Source: an uncultured Candidatus Odyssella sp. (GTDB lineage: Bacteria > Pseudomonadota > Alphaproteobacteria > Bin65). Taken from it: 32,000 nt of DNA. Position numbers and translations under genes: made by a program. The notes beneath the pieces are model-generated. The model saw only the letters and a list, made by a program, of their open reading frames with translations. It was not told the origin of the DNA and made no database searches. Of this stretch, positions 19,752 through 26,653 are shown piece after piece. The DNA lies in NCBI GenBank assembly GCA_964481045.1, contig CAYZSG010000008.1:18956-50955 (forward strand), written 5' to 3'. The first letter of the stretch is position 1. The number at the start of each line of letters is the position of its first letter.

Positions 19752-20975
19752 ATGTCTGCAAGCGCGTCGCACCGGGCGGCCTCGGCAAGCCTCGCCCTCA
19801 GCAATCTCAGGGCCGTCCTCATCCTGATCGTGCTCGCGTTCCATGGCGTGCTGCCGTATCTCGGCTCGCTGCCGGCGGGCGCGCACGCGTTCGACGACCC
19901 CGAGCGGCGCTGGCAGGCTTTCCCGATCGTCGATAGCCAGCGCTTTTTCGGCTTCGACCTGTTCTGCGCCTGGCAATACCTCAGCATGATGGCGCTGATG
20001 TTTTTCCTCTCGGGCCTGTTCGTGGCGCCGAGCCTCGCGCGCAAGGGCGCGCGCGAGTTCCTGACCGGACGGCTGCTGCGCATCGGCGTGCCGCTGGTGC
20101 TCGCGGTCGCGATCCTGACGCCGCTGGCCTATTACGCCTCGTATCGCGCGACCGCCGCCGATCCGAGCTTCGCCGCGTTCTGGCAGGAATGGACGGCGCT
20201 ACCGTTCTGGTCGCCGGGCCCGCAATGGTTCCTCATCCTGCTGCTGGCGTTCAGCGTGCTCGCCGCGGCCTTGCATTTCCTCGCGCCGGGCTTGCGTGAC
20301 CGGATGTTCGCCGCCGCCGCGCGCGCCGCAGACCGGCCGCTGCGCTTCTTCGCCGGCCTCGCGGCGGTCTCGGCGCTCGCCTACGTTCCGCTCGCCCTCG
20401 CCTTCTCGCCGTGGGGCTGGACGAATTTCGGGCCGGTGGCGTTCGAGACGACGCGCATCGCGCACTACGCCGTCTACTTCCTCGCCGGCTACGCCGTCGG
20501 CGCCGCCGGCCTCGGTCGCGGCATGCTCGCCTGCGACGGCCCGCTGGCCCGCAATTGGACCAAGTGGCTTGCCGCCGCCGCGCTCGGTTTCGGGCTGTGG
20601 GCCGGCAGCAGCACGCTGACGCTCGGCGCCTGGAGCGAGGTTCCGCTTGCCGCGCGGTTCCTGGCGGCAGTAGCGCTCGTCTTCGGCTGCGCCGCGGGCT
20701 GCATGTTCGCGCTCGCGCTGGCGCTGCGCTTCGGCCGCAAGCGCCGCGCGGTGTTCGACAGCCTTTCCGCCAACGCCTACGGCATCTATCTGCTGCACTA
20801 CGTGCCGGCGGTGTGGCTGCAATTCGCGTTGCTCGACGCGCCGCTGCCCGCGTTCGTGAAGGGCGCGATCGTGTTCGCCGCCACGCTGCTCGTCACCTGG
20901 CCGCTCGCCGCGGCGATCGGCACTATCTCTCTGCGAAGCCTGCTGCCGGGCATGAAGCGCGTGCGTAGCGCGTAG
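19752..20975 (+). CDS. Acyltransferase family 3 (OafA/YrhL-like) integral membrane protein
   Basis: 407 aa with about 10 hydrophobic helices. The N-terminal LSNLRAVLILIVLAFHGVLPY resembles the conserved R..(A/I)...V...H opening of acyltransferase-3 proteins. Confidence 0.7.
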   Translation: MSASASHRAASASLALSNLRAVLILIVLAFHGVLPYLGSLPAGAHAFDDPERRWQAFPIVDSQRFFGFDLFCAWQYLSMMALMFFLSGLFVAPSLARKGAREFLTGRLLRIGVPLVLAVAILTPLAYYASYRATAADPSFAAFWQEWTALPFWSPGPQWFLILLLAFSVLAAALHFLAPGLRDRMFAAAARAADRPLRFFAGLAAVSALAYVPLALAFSPWGWTNFGPVAFETTRIAHYAVYFLAGYAVGAAGLGRGMLACDGPLARNWTKWLAAAALGFGLWAGSSTLTLGAWSEVPLAARFLAAVALVFGCAAGCMFALALALRFGRKRRAVFDSLSANAYGIYLLHYVPAVWLQFALLDAPLPAFVKGAIVFAATLLVTWPLAAAIGTISLRSLLPGMKRVRSA

Positions 20976-21014
20976 CCTGCCCGAATTCGCCGCCAAATCG
21001 AGGGGAATGCCTGC

Positions 21015-22148
21015 ATGCCGCTGGTCGTGACGCTTGCGCTGCGCAATCTGCTGCACGACCGCCTGCGGCTCGCGGCGACGCTGATCGGCATCGTCTTCTC
21101 GATCGTGCTGGTCACCGTGCAGATGGGCCTCTATCTCGGCTTCGGCCGCATGGTGACGGTCGTCATCGATCGCGCCGAGACCGATCTCTGGGTGATGACG
21201 AAGGGCGGCACGTCGTTCGAAGGGCCCTCGGTGCTCGAGATGAAGGACCGCGACGCCGCGCTGGCGACGGCCGGCGTCGAGCGCGCGACCGCCGTCGTCA
21301 CCGGCTTCGCCGATTGGCGCCTGCCGAGCGGCGCGCTGACGCCGGCGATGATCGTCGGCATCGACCTCGACAGCCCCGGCCTCCGGCCCTGGAACGTTGT
21401 GGAAGGCGAGATTGCCTCGCTGCGCGTGACCGGCGCGGTCGCCGTCGATCTCGCCTATGCGGACCGGCTCGGCGTCTCGCGCATCGGCGAAAAGGCCGAG
21501 ATCCGCCAGCGGCCGGTGACGGTGACGATGCTCACGCGCGGCATCCGCTCGTTCACGACGACGCCCTACATCTTCATGGAAGACGACGCCGCGCGCGCAA
21601 TGACCGGCCTGCCGCCCGACAAGGCCTCGTATCTGCTGATCCGCCTCAAGGCGGGCGCGGACCTCGAAGCCGTGCGCGGCGCGCTGCGCGCGAAGATCCC
21701 GAAGGCCGAGGTGCTGACTTCGGCCGAGTTCGCGGACCGCAGCCGCACGTTCTGGCTGTTCAGCACCGGCGCGGGCGCGGCGCTGTTCGCCGGCGCGGTG
21801 CTCGGCATCGTCGTCGGCACCGCGATCGTCGCGCAGACGCTCTACGCGAGCACGAAGGAACACATCAACGAGTTCGCGACCCTGCGCGCGATCGGCTCCT
21901 CGCGCGGCTACGTTTACGCGGTGATCGTGTGCCAGGCCGTGTTCAGCGCGCTGATCGGCTTCGCGATCGCGGCGCTCATGGCGCTCGGAGTGGTGTGGGC
22001 GACGGCCGGCGGCGCGCTTCCGATCGTGATCACGCCGATGCTGATGGCGGCACTGTTCGGGCTCGCCGTCATCATGTGCATCGGCGCCGGCCTCGCCGCG
22101 ATCCTGCGCGTGATGCGCGTCGATCCGGCCACCGCGTTCACGCGATGA
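21015..22148 (+). CDS. ABC transporter permease, FtsX/MacB-type (DevC-like)
   Basis: LRNLLHDRLRLAATLIGIVFSIVLVTVQ is the N-terminal TM. It is followed by a ~220-aa extracytoplasmic domain and three C-terminal TM helices ending in RVDPATAFTR. GAGGGGA lies upstream of the ATG. The stop overlaps the ATPase start. Confidence 0.75.
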   Translation: MPLVVTLALRNLLHDRLRLAATLIGIVFSIVLVTVQMGLYLGFGRMVTVVIDRAETDLWVMTKGGTSFEGPSVLEMKDRDAALATAGVERATAVVTGFADWRLPSGALTPAMIVGIDLDSPGLRPWNVVEGEIASLRVTGAVAVDLAYADRLGVSRIGEKAEIRQRPVTVTMLTRGIRSFTTTPYIFMEDDAARAMTGLPPDKASYLLIRLKAGADLEAVRGALRAKIPKAEVLTSAEFADRSRTFWLFSTGAGAALFAGAVLGIVVGTAIVAQTLYASTKEHINEFATLRAIGSSRGYVYAVIVCQAVFSALIGFAIAALMALGVVWATAGGALPIVITPMLMAALFGLAVIMCIGAGLAAILRVMRVDPATAFTR

Positions 22149-22873
22149 TACGCGCGCCCACGACCGCGGCCGTCATCGACGCCGCGAACGTCGCCAAGAC
22201 GCTGGGCAGCGGCGCCGCCGAGGTGCAGGCGCTGCGCGGCGTCAACGTGGCGCTCGCCGCGGGCGAGCTGGCGCTGCTCATGGGCCCCTCGGGCAGCGGG
22301 AAGACGACGCTGCTCTCGATCCTCGGCTGCATGCTGCGGCCCACGCGCGGCACGGTGCGCGTCTGCGGCGAGGCGGCCGATGCGCTCGGCGCGGAAGATC
22401 TCGCGCGGCTGCGGCGGCGCCATATCGGCTTCGTGTTCCAGAACTATCACCTGTTCCCGACCTTGACGGCGGCCGAGAACGTGCGCATCGCGCTCGACAT
22501 CCGCGGCGTGCCGGCGCGCGCGGCGAAAGACAAGGCGCGCCGCGCGCTCGCCGAGGTGGGGCTCGCGCACAAGGTGAGGTCGTTTCCACGCGCGCTCAGC
22601 GGCGGCGAGCAGCAGCGCGTCGCGATCGCCCGCGCGATCGTGGGCGACCCCGCCGTGATCCTCGCCGACGAGCCCACCGCGGCGCTCGACGGCGAGAACG
22701 GCCAAGCGGTGATGGAGATCCTCGCGCGCCTCGCCGGCGGCGGGCGCGGCGTACTGGTCGTCACCCACGATACGCGCCTGCTGCCGTTCGCCGACCGCAT
22801 CATCCGCATCGAAGACGGGCTGATCCGCGGTGAGCAGAATGCGCCGGCCGCGCCCGAGCGCCGCTGTGCCTGA
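22145..22873 (+). CDS. ABC transporter ATP-binding protein (MacB/LolD/DevA-like)
   Basis: Inner ATG at 22145 of track ORF 21314..22873, overlapping the permease stop as ATGA. Walker A GPSGSGKTT, Q-loop FQNYHLFP, signature LSGGEQQRVAIARA, Walker B VILADEPTAALD, and the H-loop VTHD. Confidence 0.9.
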   Translation: MIRAPTTAAVIDAANVAKTLGSGAAEVQALRGVNVALAAGELALLMGPSGSGKTTLLSILGCMLRPTRGTVRVCGEAADALGAEDLARLRRRHIGFVFQNYHLFPTLTAAENVRIALDIRGVPARAAKDKARRALAEVGLAHKVRSFPRALSGGEQQRVAIARAIVGDPAVILADEPTAALDGENGQAVMEILARLAGGGRGVLVVTHDTRLLPFADRIIRIEDGLIRGEQNAPAAPERRCA

Positions 22874-22878
22874 GCCGG

Positions 22879-22910
22879 CGCCGCGCCGCTGCGGCAAACC
22901 GGCGCGGCGG
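22879..22910 (+). terminator. GC-rich hairpin immediately after the ABC ATPase stop (possible intrinsic terminator with a weak T tract)
   Basis: cgccgcgccg (22879..22888) pairs with cggcgcggcg (22900..22909) across an 11-nt loop, followed by tccttgcgtttcccc. The T tract is poor, so this is tentative. Confidence 0.35.
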
Positions 22911-23106
22911 TCCTTGCGTTTCCCCTAATATTCCAGTGGCTTGAACGCTGGCACCGCGCGCGGTTCGGGAGTATAACGCGCGCGGGATTGGGGACCGCGG
23001 GTCTTTGAAATCTCCGACGCACCAGGCCATCGAGCAACTTTGCTCGCGCGCTAATCCCGCGCGCTGTGTTGCTCGTGCCGGGTGCCGCACGCTCGGCGGC
23101 TAATTC

Positions 23107-23850
23107 ATGCGGCAGATCGGCATCATTTCGGGACTGACCAGCGAGTTGCGCTGCCTGGGCTTCGGCCTCGACCGGCCGGCGCACCTCGTCACCTTCGCCG
23201 CCGCCGGCGACCCCGAGCGCGCCCGCGCGCAGGCGCTGGGCTGGGCGGCCGACGGGCGCATCAAGGCGCTGATGAGCTTCGGCCTTTGCGGCGGTCTCGA
23301 CCCGGAACTGGCGCCGGGCCACGTCGTCGTCGCGCACCGCATCGCATTGCCCGAAGGCGGCGCGCTCGAATTCGACGCGCGCTGGGCGCACGCGATCGCC
23401 GCGCGCATTGCCGGCGCGCGCGTGGCGCCGCTGCTCGGTGCGCGCGACGTGGCGGCAACGGCGGCCGAGAAGCGCGCGCTGTTCGAGCGCCATGGCGTGC
23501 CCGCGATCGACATGGAGAGCCGTGGCGTGGCCGAGGCCGCGCGCGAAGCCGGCGTGCCGTTCGTGGCGCTGCGCGCGGTCGCCGATCCGGCCGGCCGCAC
23601 ATTGCCGAAGGTGGCCGCGCGCGCGATCGACGCGCGGGGCCGCGTCCGTCCGTTCCGCGTGCTGCTCGGCCTCGTGACCCGGCCGCACGACATCCCTGCG
23701 CTGATGGCGCTCGGCGGCGACGCAAGGCGCGGCTACGAGGCGCTCGCAGCCGCCGGCATGCGCGCGCTGCTGCCCGATCTCGTGCCGAACCCGCAGCCCG
23801 CCGCTGCCCCCGGCGCGATGGCGCCCGCGCTGGTGCCGCAGGGCTCCTGA
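23107..23850 (+). CDS. hpnG: Hopanoid-associated phosphorylase/nucleosidase HpnG (PNP/MTAN fold)
   Basis: MRQIGIISGLTSE, SFGLCGGLDP, VPAIDMESRGVAEAA and FVALRAVADPA are typical of HpnG-type nucleosidases. It lies in the hpn neighbourhood. Confidence 0.8.
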   Translation: MRQIGIISGLTSELRCLGFGLDRPAHLVTFAAAGDPERARAQALGWAADGRIKALMSFGLCGGLDPELAPGHVVVAHRIALPEGGALEFDARWAHAIAARIAGARVAPLLGARDVAATAAEKRALFERHGVPAIDMESRGVAEAAREAGVPFVALRAVADPAGRTLPKVAARAIDARGRVRPFRVLLGLVTRPHDIPALMALGGDARRGYEALAAAGMRALLPDLVPNPQPAAAPGAMAPALVPQGS

Positions 23851-23866
23851 CGCTTCGCACGCGGCC

Positions 23867-24445
23867 ATGAACAAGGCGTATGTCGTCCCGCTCGTTTTCG
23901 GTGGTTTGGTCGGCGCGACCGCGGTGGCGGGCGCGGTGATCCTCGCCGTGTCGCTCGACGGCAATGCCGGCGCGGGCGCCGCGATCGAGCTCGTTCCCGG
24001 CGTGCGCCCCGCCTATGCCGGGCGCCCGGCGCCGGCGCGACTCGTCGGCAAATGGTCGTCCAGCCGGCTCTCGATGATCAACTACCGCGACCGCTATAGC
24101 GGCAGCTTCGCGCCGCCTTCGGGCTCGATCTTCAGCTACACGATCGCCGCCGACGGCACGTTCGAGTTCTCGGGCTACATGCAGAGCTCGCTCTATCACT
24201 GCACGATCGTGATTTTCCGCTGGCAGCGCGGAACCCTGGTTGCGGATGGCCAGAGCCTCACGCTGACACCGCGCGAGGGCCGGCAGCACTATAAGGACAG
24301 CTGCCGCGCCGGGTCGGAGAAGGAAAAATCCGCCGTCGACGAGCCCGCGCGCTACAGCTTCACCATCGAGACCGAGGGCGCGCACACGGTGCTCGTGATG
24401 AAGAAGGCCAATGGCGAGGACTGGGGCCGCTTCTACAGGAAGTAG
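23867..24445 (+). CDS. Hypothetical membrane-anchored protein
   Basis: 192-aa ORF starting 16 nt after the hpnG stop. It has an N-terminal TM (VVPLVFGGLVGATAVAGAVILAV) followed by a beta-rich soluble domain (GKWSSSRLSMINY...YTIAADGTFEFSGYMQ...). I recognise no motif. Confidence 0.55.
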   Translation: MNKAYVVPLVFGGLVGATAVAGAVILAVSLDGNAGAGAAIELVPGVRPAYAGRPAPARLVGKWSSSRLSMINYRDRYSGSFAPPSGSIFSYTIAADGTFEFSGYMQSSLYHCTIVIFRWQRGTLVADGQSLTLTPREGRQHYKDSCRAGSEKEKSAVDEPARYSFTIETEGAHTVLVMKKANGEDWGRFYRK

Positions 24446-24647
24446 CGCCCGGCCGTAGTCCCCGCATCCATCCCCCGAATTCGGCCAACCTTCCGGGAAC
24501 TTTTCTGCAGGTTCCACATTATGCGTACGGGCTGGTGCACGCTCGCGCCGGGCCCCAGCGCGCGTCCGGATTTCCAACGCGAGAAAAGTTGGAACAGGCC
24601 GCGCGCCGCAACGAAAAAAAACGTGCCGGAGTCAGGGGTTAGCCTCG

Positions 24648-26219
24648 ATGAACGCAGTATTCTCGGCGCTGGCCGGGGTGCAGGCGATTCTGTGCGCGCT
24701 TTTGATGGCGCACGTGGCGCTGCAGCTGACGCTCGCGCGCAGCTATCTGCGCCGGCCGCGCAAAGGGCGCTGGGCCGGGACGCCGCCCTCCGGCGGCCGC
24801 AAGACCTTGCCGTTCGTCACGGTCCAGCTTCCGGTCTTCAACGAGCGGCACGTGATCGAGCGGCTGATCGACGGCGTGGCCGCGCTCGATTGGCCGCGCG
24901 ACCGGATCGAGATCCAGGTGCTCGACGACTCCACCGACGAGACCGTGGCGCGCGCGGCGGCGCGCGTGGCGCATCATCGCGCGGCGGGCCTCGACATCAA
25001 GCATCTGCGCCGCGAGAGCCGCGCCGACTTCAAGGCCGGCGCTCTGCGCCACGGCCTTTCGCTGGCGAAGGGCGAGCTGATCGCGATCTTCGACGCGGAC
25101 TTCCTGCCCGACGCCGATTTCCTGCGGCTCACCGTTCCGCATTTTGCCGATCCCACGATCGGCATGGTGCAGACGCGCTGGGCGCACGCGAACCTCGACG
25201 ATTCGCTGCTGACCCGGGTGCAGGGCCTGATGCTCGACACGCACCTGACCGTCGAGCAGGTGGGCCGCGCCGAGCAGAACTGCTTCTTCAACTTCAACGG
25301 CACCGCCGGCGTCTGGCGCGCCGTCGCGATCCGCGACGCGGGCAATTGGAGCGGCGACACGCTGACCGAAGATCTCGATCTCTCCTATCGCGCGCAACTT
25401 CGCGGCTGGCGCTTCCACTACATCGACGCGCCCGCCGCGCGCGGCGACCTGCCCGACGATGTGCGCGCGTTCCGCTCGCAGCAATACCGCTGGATCAAGG
25501 GCGGCGCGCAATGCGCGCGCAGCCTGCTGCCGCGCATCCTGGCCGCGCCGATCGGCTGGAAGGCCAAGCTCCAGGGTGCGGAGCATCTGCTCGAGACGAG
25601 CTTCTATCTCGTGTTCCTCGCGCTGATCATCTTGACCGTGCCGATGGCGGCACTTTCGAACATCGAGGTGAACGTCGCCTGGATCGTTCCCGTTGGCCTT
25701 TTCGCGCTGAGCATGGGCGCGCTCGCCCTCGTCTATGCGGCGCCGCAGCGGGAGATGATCCGTAGCCCCGGCGGCGCCCGGCGCTTCCTCGCGCTGTGGA
25801 GCGCCTTCATCGTCGTCTCCGCGGGCCTCGTCGTTCACAACGGCCTTGCCGCGCTCTCCGGCCTGCTCGGCCGCAACGGCGAGTTCGTGCGCACGCCGAA
25901 GCGCGATACGCAGAGAAGCACGGGTTGGCCCGTCGGCGATGCGTATCTGCCGAAGGGCCTCGGGCGCAGCTTCGCGCTCGAAGCCGCGCTGTGGGCCTAT
26001 CTCGGCGCCGGCATCGCCGTCTCGGTCTGGAACGGCACGCCCTATTTCATGCTCGGGCCGATCGTGGCGTTTATCGGCCTTTCCTACATGCTCGCGCTGT
26101 GCCTTCGCGACTTCGCGCGGCAATGGAGCGAGGCCGCGCGTATGCGAGCAGCCGGCCGCGGGCGCCGCGATCGGCGGCTGGCCCACGGCGGCAAGCGGCG
26201 CGCGGCGCACCGCGGTTAA
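24648..26219 (+). CDS. Processive-type family-2 glycosyltransferase (CslA / lipid glucosyltransferase-like)
   Basis: VTVQLPVFNERHVIERLIDGVAALDWPRDRIEIQVLDDSTDET, IFDADFLPD, TEDLDLSYR and the QxxRW motif (RSQQYRWIKG). One N-terminal TM and several C-terminal TM helices. Confidence 0.85.
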   Translation: MNAVFSALAGVQAILCALLMAHVALQLTLARSYLRRPRKGRWAGTPPSGGRKTLPFVTVQLPVFNERHVIERLIDGVAALDWPRDRIEIQVLDDSTDETVARAAARVAHHRAAGLDIKHLRRESRADFKAGALRHGLSLAKGELIAIFDADFLPDADFLRLTVPHFADPTIGMVQTRWAHANLDDSLLTRVQGLMLDTHLTVEQVGRAEQNCFFNFNGTAGVWRAVAIRDAGNWSGDTLTEDLDLSYRAQLRGWRFHYIDAPAARGDLPDDVRAFRSQQYRWIKGGAQCARSLLPRILAAPIGWKAKLQGAEHLLETSFYLVFLALIILTVPMAALSNIEVNVAWIVPVGLFALSMGALALVYAAPQREMIRSPGGARRFLALWSAFIVVSAGLVVHNGLAALSGLLGRNGEFVRTPKRDTQRSTGWPVGDAYLPKGLGRSFALEAALWAYLGAGIAVSVWNGTPYFMLGPIVAFIGLSYMLALCLRDFARQWSEAARMRAAGRGRRDRRLAHGGKRRAAHRG

Positions 26220-26433
26220 CGCCGGAGCGCGTACCAAAGGTGGTGGATTCGGGCCACCACGCGCTCGGCGCGCGCGCGGCCGGCACATTGCCGCCACAAA
26301 CCGGCGCCGCGTTGGTCGCGCAACCCGCTGGTAAATGGGTGAATCGGCGCGCGGTAAGCATGTCCGTTCACACGCGCTTAGAATTTTCGGCGCTTTCTGG
26401 GCGCGTCGGACGAGACGCGAGAGGAGAGACGCC

Positions 26434-26643
26434 ATGGTTAACCTCGAGACCTACCGGCGAAAGCGGCGCGGCCCCGATTTCGGCAAGTGCGCGGTGCTGG
26501 CGGCCCTTTTGTCGGCCTTGATCGTGAGCGGCGTCGAACTCACCGGCGGCCCTGTGGCGCCCGCCAATGCCGGCCTCGGCGCGCCGGCGAAAGCAGCGAT
26601 GGGCGCGGCGCCGGTGACGGCACCGGTGGCGGCACCCCGTTGA
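26434..26643 (+). CDS. Small hypothetical membrane/secreted protein (69 aa)
   Basis: Inner ATG of ORF 26335..26643, with a strong SD (GAGGAGAGA, 26421..26429) 4 nt upstream. MVNLETYRRKRRGPDFGKCAVLAALLSALIVSGV is followed by an Ala/Pro-rich tail. There is no homology evidence. Confidence 0.35.
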   Translation: MVNLETYRRKRRGPDFGKCAVLAALLSALIVSGVELTGGPVAPANAGLGAPAKAAMGAAPVTAPVAAPR

Positions 26644-26653
26644 ACGACCTGGC

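Noticed and set aside
16449-21863. Minus-strand ORFs of 710 aa, 501 aa and 554 aa, antisense to shc, the esterase/acyltransferase genes and the ABC permease
   Set aside because: They have no recognisable motifs and an extreme Arg/Ala/His/Gly bias. The plus-strand genes are all well supported.
21314-22144. Upstream 277 codons of track ORF 21314..22873
   Set aside because: This part overlaps the permease gene out of frame. The ATPase domain begins at the ATG at 22145, which forms an ATGA overlap with the permease stop.
22949-22963. TGGCAC, resembling the -24 element of a sigma-54 promoter upstream of hpnG
   Set aside because: The required GC at the -12 position (GG-N10-GC spacing) is not present; the sequence there is GG. 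No TTGC element follows.
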